Source: Malacoraja senta (taxonomy: Eukaryota). Taken from it: 64,000 bases of DNA. The stretch is taken from assembly GCA_038087875.1 (NCBI GenBank), contig CM075988.1, positions 14,882,001 to 14,946,000 on the forward strand, read 5' to 3'. The translations under genes and the position numbers were made by a program. Below are positions 37,701 to 50,040 of the stretch, piece by piece (positions within the stretch are counted from its first letter, which is position 1; each line of letters opens with the position of its first letter). The notes below the pieces were generated by a model. The model was not told where the DNA came from, ran no database searches, and saw only the letters and a list, made by a program, of their open reading frames with translations.

Positions 37701-39004
37701 TGGTGGCAGGAAGGGCTCCAACCCAAGACGACCCCCATCCTCCAGTCGATGTTGGGGTTGTGTTGCCGAAGCCAGGGGTAACCCAGGATGAGGGGAAGAC
37801 GGGGAGACTGCAGGATGTGGAACTGGATGGTCTCATGGTGATTACCAGACAGGAGCATGCGCACTGGGACCGTCCGGTGAGAAACAGTCCCCAGGCGATG
37901 GCCATCGAGGGCGTCGGCGGGAACAGGTTCAGGCAGGGGAACACAACTGATGCCTAGCTGGCGGGCTAGTTCCTTGTCCATAAGATTAATGTCACAACCA
38001 GAGTCTATGAAGGTGGCGAGGGTGTGAGGACCATCAGACAACAGCAGACGGGCATGACAAAGAGGGCGTCGGGAAGAGGAAAGTTCAGAGGTTCGACGTT
38101 CCCGTTCCTCGGGGGTGAGACTGGTGCGACCCACCTGCATGGGTTCGGGTTGCCTCGACGGTTGCCCCAACGAGGGTAGTCCAGTCTCCGGAGGAAAACG
38201 AGCTTGGGTGGATAGCTGGCGGTCCGCCGGTCCCTGTCGCCTCTCCCGACGTCTCGCCAGGATGCGTCGGTCCAGACGGGTCGTTAGCTCGATAAGCCCA
38301 TCCAGAGAAGAAGGAAGGTCGTGGGACACCAACTCATCCTTGATATAGTCATTCAAGCCCAGCAAGAAAGCGTCACACTGGGCCGGGGCGATCCAATCAC
38401 TCTCACGGGCCCTGGTGCGAAAGTCAATGGCGAAGTCAGCGACGCTCTGGTTCCCCTGGCTCAACCCCAGCAGACCTCCCGCAGCGTCCGGACCCATCGA
38501 AACCTTACCGAACACCTTGCAAAGCTCCGCGGCGAAGGCCTGGAAAGAGGAGCAAGCCGGCTTGCGTCGCTCCCATTCAGCCGTTCCCCACAGCCGAACT
38601 CTGCCAGTCAGGTGATTAATGGTAAACGCCACTCTCACCGCTTCCTGGGCGAAGGTGTAGGGCTGTAGGGTGAAGAGAATGGAACAGTTCGTGATGAATG
38701 GGTTGCAGCCCTCCGTGTCTCCAGCGTAACGCTCCGGGGTTCCCACCCGGGGCTCAGGTGATGTTCCTGGCCGACCAGGAGCTGGTGCTGTCGGAGCCGG
38801 AGGCGAAGCATGGGGTGTAGCCTGGGCGAGGGTGGTTGTCAGCTGTTGGACCTGGGTGGCTAGTGCAACCAATGCTTGTTCTTGGTTTGACACAGCCTGT
38901 CGAATCTCGGAGTTGGAGGCAGTGAGCATAGCTTCGTGCTGCAGGAGCGTGTGCTCAATCCTCCCGAAGCGGTTTGACGGAGACGTAGTGTGCGCCGAGT
39001 CCAT
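34798..39004 (-). pseudogene. Disrupted gag-pol polyprotein
   Basis: ATG at 39004 (MDSAH). Motifs: PR FIDSG, RT YLDD, RNase H VDASDVG, IN H..H..CPVC/DFVTGL/SDRG/QTE, chromodomain [16 protein letters not shown]. Premature TGA at 36488-36490 and a frameshift near 35385. Confidence 0.95.
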
Positions 39005-39009
39005 TGTTG

Positions 39010-39021
39010 GCCAGATTGTAC
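39010..39021 (-). promoter_or_regulatory. Self-priming primer-binding site
   Basis: Minus-strand GTACAATCTGGC lies directly after the 5' LTR and is complementary to the LTR sequence GCCAGATTGT (39237-39246). Confidence 0.8.
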
Positions 39022-39359
39022 TGTAATGGGTATAGCTTGGACCCGATAGCAGCACAGAATCAGGCAGGTATAGTTGGTACTGAAATTTATTCCGATACTG
39101 GAACACAGGAATGGGTACACCGTACTCACACAGAGGCTCAGGATTGAGCGAGGGTTCCGAAGAGGGGCGGGCAGGTAGGTTCGAATCCGTGTAGGCAATC
39201 CGGAAATCGCTGGAGAGTCTTGCATGAATGCTGAGAACAATCTGGCACTGTGGGAACGGTGAGGAGAGTCTATATACCAGATTAATTGGTGATCAGAGGC
39301 AACTGAGTGCCACAGGTGAGGTGAGTTGGGCTGATGAGAGGAGAGGGCAGACTGTGACA
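39022..39359 (-). repeat. 5' LTR of the sushi-like element
   Basis: Minus-strand TATATAG at 39270-39276 and AATAAA at about 39086-39091. Confidence 0.95.
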
Positions 39360-39624
39360 CCTGCTGCGACTATGACAGTCTCCGGAAGGCGCCTGAAAAA
39401 ACGCCTAAGTGGGACAGGCCCTTAAAAGTCATTGAAAGCTAATATGCAGGTATGGCAGGCAACTGGTAAGGCAAATGGTAGGATTTGTGTATGTGTCAGA
39501 AAGTCAGAATGTCTAACTACACTTACACAGGGCCTCAGTGAGACCATAGCTGGTATACTACAGTATGTGCAACTTAGGTCTCCATATGCAAAGATAATAT
39601 ACTCGACAAAGAGGTAGTGCCATG

Positions 39625-39930
39625 GGACGGCACAGGGGTGCAGCGGTGGAGTTGCTGTCTCACAGCGCCAGAGGCTCAGGTTCCATCCTGACTACGGGTG
39701 CTGTCTGTACGGAGATTGTGCGTTCTGTATGTGACACGCGGGTTTTCGCCGGCATTTCCAATTTCCTCCCACGTTCTAAAGACATACAGGTATGTAGGTT
39801 AATTGGCTTCTGTAAATTGCCCCTAGTGTGTAGGATCTGAAACTGGACTAACATAGAACTTTTCATCATTGGTCGGCACAGACTCAGTGATCTGAAGGAC
39901 CTGTTTCCACGCAGTATCTCTGGAACTAAA
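39625..39930 (+). mobile_element. HE1-type V-SINE
   Basis: Head, V-domain and tail. Confidence 0.85.
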
Positions 39931-40799
39931 CATAACATTCTATCGGACTATTTCCTGGGATGAGAGATCTGTCATATGAGGAGCATTTCTTTAGTCTAGC
40001 CTCGATTCATAGGAATGAGAGGCAACCTCACTGAGACATAGAAATTGTTTTAGGTTCCTGCTGTCAGATGAGTCTAGATCTTGGAGTCACAGCCTCAAAA
40101 TAGGAGCTAAGCCATTTAGGGCTGAAATAAGGTGAAATTTCTTCACTCAGATGGTAGTGAATCTTTGGAATTCTACACCCCAGAGGAATGCAGTCATTAA
40201 TAGCATTCAAAATTAAGATTAAGAGATTTATGGACAGTAGACAGTAGGTAAATCAAGGGATCTGGGAAAGGAAAGGAAAGGACCCAGTTTGTGGAACCGC
40301 CGGGAGGGAGACAAAGGGGGACCTGGCGCAGGATACTTTATAACTGTTGGTGCCCTCTATGTGGCAACTCTTTGCATATCTTGGGTACGCAAAGAGTCGC
40401 CATTTGATTCATGTGACAATAAACTATTCATTCATTCATACAAGTAGCACTGAGGTAGAAGATCAGCCGTGCTCTTATTAAATGGTGAAGCATTCAAGGG
40501 CCAGCCACTATAATGCGCGCTTTTGACCTATTTCCTTCGCTCCATAGATGCTGCTGCACCCGCTGAGTTTCTCCAGCATTTTTGTGTACCTTTTGACTTA
40601 GGTCCTTGTTTAGGAATAAAAGAAAGAATGGGGATGCAGATCACTAACTTTTGAGTCAAACCTACACCCCAGGGGTAAGACAACTTCACACAGCCTCCTA
40701 ATCAGGACAAGAATCAAAGCACAAGTGTTTAGCCCAGTTTTAAAGTTTGAGAGTGACTGCCTCTAGTCCATGCCCACAATTCCCAGTTACAAAAACAGT

Positions 40800-41320
40800 T
40801 AATAATAATAATAATATCTTTTATTGTCATTGCACGTCAGTGCAACGAGATTTAGTATGCAGCTCCACCAATGTACAAGAAAAGTAAAATAAATAAATAA
40901 ATAAGCAAGCTGAGTGACGTGACCATCCGAGGGAGACTGTCCAGGGGGGGTGGGTGGGGGGGCACTCAGCAGGGCCGGTTCAGAGCCGCTATAGCTCTTG
41001 GAATAAAGCTGTTTCTGAGTCTGGAGGTTCGGGCGTAGAAGGCCTTGTAACGTCTGCCGGAGGGAAGTAGTTCAAGCAGTCCGTTACAAGGGTGTGATGA
41101 GTCCTTATGGATGCTGACGGCCTTCCTAAGGCACCGTGTGTGGTAGATGCCCTCCAAGGCTGGTAGCTCTGTCCCAATGATCCTCTGCGCTCTGTGGACG
41201 ACGCACTGAAGAGCTCTCCTCTCCGCCTCCGTGCAGCTGAGATACCACACAGAGATGCCATACGTTAATATGCTCTCTGTGGTGCAGCGGTAGAACGTTG
41301 TCAGCAGCTGTTGGGGCATT
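40800..41320 (-). mobile_element. Rex1/Babar-like LINE 3' end
   Basis: ORF 40966..41319 has FYRCTTESILTYGISVWY..LQ.VV..A.RIIG..LLPSGRRY..RLRNSF. An (ATT)n tail lies at 40800-40816. Confidence 0.9.
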
Positions 41321-42046
41321 TGTTAAAAGATTTGTAAATCCCAGCTGGATTGCGAGGGCTGTTAATATTCCAGGGACGTTGTTGGCTCAAAGCTTTCTTG
41401 ATGCATGGATTTAAACCTGTTGAAAATACCTTCAGTGAATCGGAGAAATGCCATGTGAGGTTCAGAGTTGCCTCCATCTCGTCTTGTAACTGCCAGTTTG
41501 TCTGGCAGTTCCAGTGAAAAACTAATTAACTTGTGTGGATACGTTATGCTCTCCAACCAAAAAATATATACTGAGGAAGCTCGCAAACTTGTCCATGACA
41601 CGCCATGCATGTGCTTCATTCCCTTAAAGCATGGAAAGATGTAATGCAGTCTAAGGTACTCTGTGGGCAATGGTGCAGCAGGTAGTGCCGCTGCCTCTCA
41701 CCTCCAGTTGCTCGAGTTTAATGCTGATCTCTAATGCTGCCTGAGCAGAGTTTGCAAGTTCTGCCTATGACCACATGGATCTTCTACACATTCTAAAGAT
41801 GGGCATATATTAGGTCAATCGGCAACTGTAAATTACCTGGAATGAAGACAGGAACGTCAGCGTGGAGTTGATGGGAATGCAAGAAACAAATAGGTTACGG
41901 GGAAAGTAAATTGAGGAATGGGATTGATGGGAAAGTGCCAGCATAGACTCAAATGAGCCAAATGGCATTCAATGATGCCATGAAAAATATGTATCACATC
42001 CTTGAGTTGCTGGAAAGCATTAAACGTTGTACTGGGAAAAGAGAAT

Positions 42047-42355
42047 TAGTTTAGTTTAGAGATACAGCATGGAAACAGGCCCTTCAGCCCACCGAGCCCA
42101 TACTGGCCATCGATCACCCATTCACATGAGTTCTATGTTATCCCACTTTCACATCATCCACTCCCTACAGACTAGGGCGATTTTAGACTCCAAGTAAGCT
42201 ACTGACCCACATGTCTTTGGGATGTGGAAGGAAAGTGGAGCACCTGGGAGAACCCCACGTGATCACAGGAGGAACGTGCAAACTCCACACAGACATCACC
42301 TGAGGTCAGGATTGAACCCGGGTCTCTGGCATTGTGAGGCAGCGGCTAAATTAGC
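42047..42355 (-). mobile_element. HE1-type SINE
   Basis: (TTTAG)n tail, V-domain and partial head. Confidence 0.8.
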
Positions 42356-43849
42356 CGCTCGAGAAGATGTGAAGCGAATTTTATCTATGGACATCAGCTC
42401 AGTGCACATTCACTAAGTTAATTACCTGATGCACAGTAGTGCAGCAGGTAGTCCCACTGTATCACAGCGCCAGTAAATAGTGTTTGATCCTGATCACCAG
42501 TGTTGTTAGCACTTCCATCCAAAGTCATTCAAAATAGCACCCAAGTTATATATTCATTACATGCAATCAAAAGCTCGGTGAAGCTATCAGTAAATTCATC
42601 TTGACACCATCAGAGTGTTTTAACTCTGGAGATATTTTGGAATGTTTACTCCCTTAAGTGTGTGATCTAATAGATACGAGGAGCCAGTCAGACACAAAAA
42701 GATTAGTTTTAATCTGACATGTAACATTGTGGCAATCCTGGAGATGGCAGACAAGAGTGTCAGAGAATTCAATAATGCTCCAGTCACAAATATTATGGTA
42801 ACCTGCAACTGAAGAACAGTTCCCCAGAATTTGGTCCAGATATAAAGATGGCAAATGACATGATCCTCCTTTACATATGTACCAGCAATTATTATCTGCA
42901 CAATCGTGCTTTTGCAAGGACACATGTTATTCACATCAGAAGAAATGACACATAGTAAGTAGGCTTTTGCAAGACAATGTACAGGAATAAAGTCACAAAT
43001 GTAATTAGATTAGTTTATTATTGTCACGCATATTAAGGTAGAGTGAGAAGCTTTTATTTGCATACTATCCATTCAAAGAAAAGACTATACATGATTATAA
43101 TCAAGCCGTCCATAATGCACAGACAAAGAATAAAGGGCATTAAAGAGAGCACAGTGCAAGAAATACTGTTGGTGAAATAAAGATGTCAAAGAGTGAACTG
43201 ATTGTAATGGATGATAGCAGGTCTACTTCTGGAACCAGCATGCACCGCCGCCTAGATCCAACTCCATCTTAACATCAACACAAAGAGAACAAGTTTCTAA
43301 CAAGAAGTCAAAAAAAGGGGATCTGCTCAATATTAAAATCAATGCAAAATAAACAGTATTTAACATATATCACAAGCAGCCAATAGGATTTTAAAGCTAC
43401 TGTTTAATAGAAAGTAATTAAAAATGCAGATTAACGCTGCAGCAGACTGTTCCATTGTGGAGGACAAACGTGACACGCAGTTTAGTCATGTTCCTTAGAA
43501 AACACAGTTAGGCATACGACTTGTTTAAGATTAATTTTTAACATCTTGGGACAGTTGCAATGTTTTGGTGCAAACACACTTTGAAGAATGAAGCAGCCGG
43601 AATAAGTGTCAAAGCAAAACTTGGCAGCTATTCTATAGTTTAGGTCTGAATTATTCACCATCCAATGAGAACATCAAATTGTCACACTAAATTGTCTCTT
43701 TAAATGGATTGGAGACAAGCAGCATGCCAAATGAACTGCAATTATCTATCTTAAGATAAGTGCTTTCTGTGTACTGGTCAAACATTGAGAAAGAGCAGAG
43801 GTGATGTTTCCACTTGATCAGAGCCCCTACACCCAGGGGGTTAAATTAG

Positions 43850-44285
43850 GGCTTTCAAAATGATTGTGATGGGAAAGAATTCCTTCACCACAATGGTAGC
43901 TAATCCTGCTAATTCTGTACCCAAGTCATTGGCAGAGGCTCAGTCATAGTGTTGAAGCTGGCCATTCGGCCCAGCTTGCTCCCACCGCCCAACATGTCCC
44001 ATCTACACTAGTCCCACCTGCCAGTGTTTGGTCCATATCCTCCTAAACCTGTCCAGTCCATGCACCTGTCTAATTGCTTCTTAAACATTGCAATAGTCCC
44101 TGCCACAACTACCTCCTCCAGCAGTTCATTCCATACACCCACCGCCCTTTGCGTGAATTGCTGAGATTTTCAAGACAAAAACTGATCATTTTTCAGGAAT
44201 CAAGGGATAATAAAGGAAAGTGTAATAAGATCAATGACCATCCATGACCTTGTTGAAATTTTATTGGAGCAGGCATAATAGGTCA
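43850..44285. mobile_element. CR1 3' fragments (a minus-strand copy at ~43955-44155 inside an older plus-strand copy)
   Basis: CATGTCCCATCTACACTAGTCCCACCTG is the reverse of the 6660-6720 type sequence. Confidence 0.65.
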
Positions 44286-45733
44286 GACAATTAACTCCTG
44301 TTTCAACTCCCTATATTCTTGTGCCCTCACTCTGCACCAAAAAGAGATACCTCCCAAGAGCAAATAATTTTGGGAGATCTCATAGAAATCCTGCATGATT
44401 TTAATGCATTCAGAGATTGAAAACACTAGTTCATTCAGGGAACAGGGAACAGAATTAAAATTTGGGGCAATAGATACCAGGCAAAACGAGGGAAAGGCTT
44501 TATAAACATTCAGAGAGCACGTTAACTGGCTGCAGGCTGGTATGAACAGAATCAATGAGTGCTTTCAACCTGAAATTGGATAGGGAATTGAGAGAGTTTC
44601 ATTTGTAGAGTGGGTGAAAGAGATGTTTAATTGGGCAGAGAACTTGAGGAGACAGTACAGACTCAATGAGCCAAATGGTTGTCCGTGCCACAATAATTCT
44701 ATGGTTCTATGAACTGCATCTCCCCAACAAGGAGATTTGGCCTGATTCTACTGAGATATCAGTGACAAACTGGCAACTAATGAGCTCTTGTGTAATGTTT
44801 ATAAAATGGAAGCCAACCCCAATTGAAAAGGCTTGAGTTGACTCCAAACAATAAGCAGGCCTAAAAATGCCAACCTTGAAGCTCAGGAAAGCCTGATGAT
44901 GTTTATTCCCCCCCCCCCCCTCCTCATTTTCAAAGGGAATGGGATAGGAAATCAGCAAAGTACAGTTTTTTACTTGCCACAGTCTCGCTCCATTCAATTC
45001 CATTCTGTCTTGAAAATGAAATATGGTGAGGCAGCACATTAAGAAGATCTGAAAATTACAATCCAATGATGCCCTGTCTTCTCTTTATCTTGGTAGAGCA
45101 CAATTTCTGATTTACTGAATTCAGTAGGACTATTATTACACAGTAGCAATGTCTGAAGAAGAGTCTCAACCTGAAATGTCACCCGTTCCTTCTATCCAGA
45201 GACGCTGCCTGCCCGCTGAGTTACTGCAGCAATTAGTGTCTATCTACATTGTAAATAAGTATTTGTTGAGTCACTGAGTTATCCAGTAGAGGACAGGCCC
45301 TTCGGCCCAACCTCCCCATCCTGCATTCATCTATACTAATCTGAATATTGAACTTGAAAACATTGTTCAATTCACCATTTCTTTTACAGTTCATGAAACT
45401 CCATTCTTCACTGACAAGGTCAGCTGGCAAAATCATTCTAATAGAGACACATGGAACAGCAGATGCTGAAATCTTGAGCAAAATACAAAGTGCTGGACTA
45501 CCTCAGTGAGTCAGTCAGCATTTGTGGAGGGAGTGCGTAGGTGATGATTTGGGTCAGGGCCTTTCTGCAGACTCACTCGCCTCCATAAATGCTTTCTTCA
45601 GACTCACTCGCCTCAGAGTACGCCCCCTGAGGTACTCCAGCACTTTGTGTTTTAGCCACTCTGATATTGGCAGCGTTCTATAAAGATCTTTTCTTTGCTT
45701 CAAAGTAGTGATGTGAAAGTACTGTTAATGTGC

Positions 45734-45990
45734 ACCACCTCCACGCAGAGCACCGCCTCCACGCAGAGCACCGCCTCCACGCAGAGCACCGCCTCCACGC
45801 AGAGCACCGCCTCCACGCAGAGCACCGCCTCCACGCAGAGCACCGCCTCCACGCAGAGCACCGCCTCCACGCAGAGCACCGCCTCCACGCAGAGCACCGC
45901 CTCCACGCAGAGCACCGCCTCCACGCAGAGCACCGCCTCCACGCAGAGCACCGCCTCCACGCAGAGCACCGCCTCCATGCAGAGCACCAC
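45734..45990. repeat. Minisatellite, 18-bp unit CACCGCCTCCACGCAGAG, ~14 copies
   Basis: Near-perfect tandem array; variants occur only in the terminal units. Confidence 0.97.
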
Positions 45991-45995
45991 CTAAT

Positions 45996-46092
45996 GTCTG
46001 AAGAAGGGTTTCGGCCCGAAACGTTGCCTATTTCCTTCGCTCCATAGATGCTGCTGCACCCGCTGAGTTTCTCCAGCATTTTTGTGTACCTC
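45996..46092 (+). mobile_element. Penelope-like 3' fragment with a hammerhead-like core
   Basis: CTGAAGA-A-GGGT-TTCG-GCCC-GAAACGTT at 45998. Confidence 0.75.
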
Positions 46093-46916
46093 CTAATGAG
46101 TTCCAGTCACAGGGGAAACAACTGCATTCCAATCAGCACTTGAACACCCCAGCCATCAGTAAAACATTTGAATCAGCAAACTTTCAAAAAGTGAATCGCC
46201 AATCCATTAATTACTTTTGCTGAGAATATGCTCCATAAATACATAATACATTGCTGGAAAAAGTCTGGTCCCTCTTGAGCCTTTTTAGTTTATCGTTTTA
46301 AGTTTTATGTTGCTTCCGCTGTCACCTTCTTAACATAACAGCATGTTCATGTCTACATTAATTGCTTGCCCAGTGCTATCCTAACTCATCTCTTCTCTGA
46401 ATCTATCTGAATCTAGTCTCCAGTGAAAACTGACTTACACCTACTCAATCGATCTGTTTGGTATTCTGTACTGTTGCCACCATTTCTGCAAAGATGAAGA
46501 TAAACTTCTCAGTGCAGTCAACATTGTTGGGTAGTGGCAGAGAATGATTTGAATCAAACATAGTGATTGAAACTTTATATGTTATCATGGTGGCATCGTC
46601 CAATTGATCCAACATTTATAGAAACAATCCAATGACTCGATTCATGGAGAAATGGTACAACTTTATACAAGCTATATGAGTAGCCATCATTTTTATCATT
46701 AGCAAGTGACCCTCAGAATACTAGATATTACTCTTCCAAATATAACAACTCATTCAATATCTGAGCAACAGTATATATAGGGTTCTGGTGTTCTGAGGTT
46801 ACTAGATTCTTTGAGTTGAATATTCCACAAAATAATTGTTGCTTGAGCCCCTATCACACACTCCTTTAGTCTCTTCCCACAGTTTATTACAGGACCAGCT
46901 TTTCCTCTGTGAACTT

Positions 46917-47620
46917 GGGGCAGCACAGTGGCACAGTGGTGGAGTTGCTGCCTTATAGCGCCAGAGACCTGGGTTCAATCCTGACTATGGGTGCTGTCTA
47001 TACTGAGTTTGTACGTTCTCCCTGGGACCATGTGGGTTTTCTCCGGGTGCTCCGGTTTCCTCCCACACCAACCTACAGTTTATAGGTCAATTGGCGTCGG
47101 GAAAATTATAAAACTGGCCCTAGAGTGTAGGATAGTGCTAATGTACAGGGATCGCTTGTCAGACCAAAGGGCCTGTCATTCCTGGGATCATTCTTGTAAG
47201 GTGCTGTGGGAGTCCCCTGACCAGCAAGGCTGCAGCACTCTGAGAAGAGTCACTACATGCTGGAGGCAGGAAACATGTTCCCGATGTTGGGGGAGTCCAG
47301 AACCAGGGGCCACAGTTTAAGAATAAGGGGTAAGGCATTTAGAACGGAGATGAGGAAACACTTTTTCACACAGAGAGTTGTGAGTCTGTGGAATTCTCTG
47401 TGTCAGAGGGCGGTGGAGGCCGGTTCTCTGGATACTTTAGAGAGAGAGCTAGCTAGGGCTCTTAAAAATAGCGGAGTCTGGGGATATGGGGAGAAGACAG
47501 GAACGGGGTACTGATTGGGGATGATCAGCCATGATCACATTGAAGGGCTGGCTCGAAGGGCCGAATGGCCTAATCCTGCACCTATTGTCTTTTGTTTCCA
47601 CGCTATATATCTAAAGCCTA
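46917..47620 (+). mobile_element. HE1-type SINE (46917-~47175) with a CR1 3' piece (~47270-47590) inserted in its tail
   Basis: The SINE tail GGGCCTGT resumes as TTTCCACGCTATATATCTAAA at about 47595. The CR1 piece translates MFPMLGESRTRGHSLRIRG. Confidence 0.75.
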
Positions 47621-48319
47621 AATCACATAGGCTTCTCTGTCCCCTGAAACTTGTTATTATACTCATTTTTTCTCAATGCCTTTCTATTCAGTAATCCAAC
47701 TGTGCAACTCTGTGTTTGAAACAACTGCAAACAATTTGTTAGTTGGAAGGTCCCTCTCTTGATAATATTACAATTGTTTCCTTCTCTCTGAATTAGAGCT
47801 CAAGAGTGGAGAATCAACTGAATAATCTTTGAAGTCTGGGGGAAAAAACACAACCGCTGAATAGTTTTCTGATAAAGATCCAACTATTCAAACGAACATG
47901 TGGTGCTTTAACAGTGACTGTTAGCTCATGCAAAGTTGTGAGCATTGCATATTTTTGAAAACTACTAAGCCATTCAACAATCATGGCATGGTAATATTTA
48001 ATGGTCTTTTCTGCAAAGTACTTAGTATACACTATCTTGAGGAGCTTATCTTAAATATACAGGGCCTCCCCAGATTATAACAGGGTCATAGAGTTCCTGA
48101 GAACTGCTTATAACCAAAACCAGTTGGGAAGTTGAAAATGTGGCCTTTAGGCATTATACTTAAATAAAAAACATAGGCCAACCAAGGGCAATGTGTGGTT
48201 AAACCAAGCCTGTTAACTCAACTATTCAAATATTGCCACAAAGCAAATTACCACTTGCAGCCCCGTAGCAGCCAGCAATTTCACCCCACTAGTCTCCCCA
48301 CATGCTTGTTCATATGTAT

Positions 48320-48670
48320 GGTTTAGTTCAGTTTAATTTATTGTCACGTGTACCAGGGCACAGTGAAAAGCTTTTGTCGTGTGCTAACCAGTCAGTGGAA
48401 AGACAATACATGATTACAATCAAGCCATTCACAGTGTGCGGATACATAAGGGAATAAAGTGCAAGATAAAGCCAGTAAAGTCCGATCAAAGATAGTTCAA
48501 GGGTCTCCAATGAGGTAGATAGTAGTTCGGGACTGCTCTCTAGTTGTTGATAGAGTGGTTCCGTTGCCTGATAACAGCTGGGAAGAAACTTCCCCTGAAT
48601 CTGGAGGTAGGCGATTTCACACTTCTATACCTTTTGAGATGGGACAAGAGGAAGTGGCCAGAGTGTTGGA
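48320..48670 (-). mobile_element. Rex1/Babar-like 3' tail (related copies at ~25000-25250 and ~43005-43140)
   Basis: TTTATTGTCACGTGTACC..CAGTGAAAAGC..CATGATTACAATCAAG is shared between the copies, and an SRFRGSFFP-like motif is present. Confidence 0.7.
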
Positions 48671-49711
48671 AAGGGATAATACCTCAGGAAGATGAGTTTT
48701 TCTTGACCATGAAATGGTCCTCCAAATCTGGCATCTGTCCATCCTTAAATTGAATCTCTCCATCATTGATGGCCTTGCCTTCTGCCACCAAGGCCATACA
48801 TTTGGAATTCCCTCCATTATTTTAAGATTTTCTTTAAAGTTTACTCTGGTTATCTAATATCATTTAACATGACTCAGTGTTAAATGTTGTTCAAAAATAT
48901 TTATTTGAAGTACCTTGGAACAAATACTGCACGGACGTAAAATGCAACACCAATACAGTCATTGATGTAGCAGAAAAAGGGTTGGGTAGTGGTGACAGAG
49001 TAGTTTTAGAACAAAGGCTGCCCCATGCAGCCTGTGTCAGCGTATATTCCAGTGGTGCAGTATAGTCCAGTGGTCTCTATAAGTGAAGGAGGCCACTGAA
49101 CCATATAAAAAATAAGGGTACGTATACAGGAAAACTCTGATAATCTGCTCTCCAAATATTCAGAAGTCTAAATTGTTCATCTTTTGGCTTCTCAGGTATT
49201 GATAGCCATGTTCCCTTTCCACTCACCTCGACCCTTCTCGACCCGAAACGTTACCCATTCCTTCTCTTCAGAGATGCTGCCTGTCCCGCTGAGTTACTCC
49301 AGCATTTTGTGTCTATCTTCCCTAAATCCCAAACTCCGTCTCATACATCAAGTCTCCAGTTCCTGCACTTGCTTCCAACTCGCAGGCCCAGATTCCCTTC
49401 CAACCTACCTGATGCACTAAAAAATGTAGTTTTGAGGCATTTTACAAAGTGACATCAAAATTGTCCAGAAAGTCCAACACCATCGGTCTGAAGAAGGGTC
49501 TCGACCTGAAACGTCACCCATTCCTTCTCTCCAGACATGTTGCCGGTCCCGCTGAGTTACTCCAGCATTTTGTGTCTGCCATAGGCCTGAACATGTGGAT
49601 TATAAGAATTTTACTGTTTGTTTATTTTACTTGATTAGCTTCCACATTTAAATTAATTTATATCAGTTAATTATGTTTTTTGTTAATTTATTCAGCCATT
49701 TCGATTTTTTT

Positions 49712-50040
49712 TTCCATCAAGGACCCCTCCCACCCTAACCATGGACTGTTTGCCCTCCTCCCATCAGGGAGGCGGTACAGAAGCCTCAGGTCTCGTACAA
49801 GCAGGATGAGGAACAGCTTCTTTAACAACACTATCACATTGCTGAACTCGGAGTCCCGCCGATAGATTTCTCCAGTCTCTCCGTCCACATTGTTTGCTTA
49901 TTCTGTATTTTATTCTGTATATTGTTCTTGTTCTGTGTTTTTATTTCTATATTGCAATATTGCTACGAGCAGACGCTAGACTGCAATTCGTTGTACCCAT
50001 ACTTGTATCTGTGCAATGACAATTAAAGTTGAATTGAAGA
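49712..50040 (+). mobile_element. Rex1/Babar-like LINE 3' end
   Basis: Translates DPSHPNHGLFALLPSGRRYRSLRSRTSRMRNSFF. Confidence 0.85.

Larger units (their letters stand above)
34281..39359 (-). mobile_element. Full-length Ty3/Gypsy chromovirus, Tf1/sushi group
   Basis: LTRs at 34281-34633 and 39022-39359 with TG..CA ends. 5-bp TSD CCTGC at 34276-34280 and 39360-39364. Domain order gag-PR-RT-RH-IN-chromodomain. Confidence 0.97.
33672..39422. mobile_element. PIF/Harbinger-type MITE (~670 bp own length), interrupted by an LTR element
   Basis: Perfect 14-bp TIRs AGGGCCTGTCCCAC (33672-33685) and GTGGGACAGGCCCT (39409-39422), with a TAA TSD on both sides. The body is rich in GTCGTAG/TTGTCG motifs. 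Confidence 0.85.
33470..40500 (+). mobile_element. Old CR1 remnant (host of nested insertions); pieces at ~33470-33671, 39423-39620 and 39940-40500
   Basis: HNMIEF (end of the endonuclease domain). The DL..HV / KSLKANMQV motif joins across the MITE, and CR1 3' motifs follow after 39940. Confidence 0.65.

Noticed and set aside
45678..46079. Four repetitive ORFs (STQSTA, AEHRLH, etc.)
   Set aside because: They are translations of an 18-bp minisatellite.
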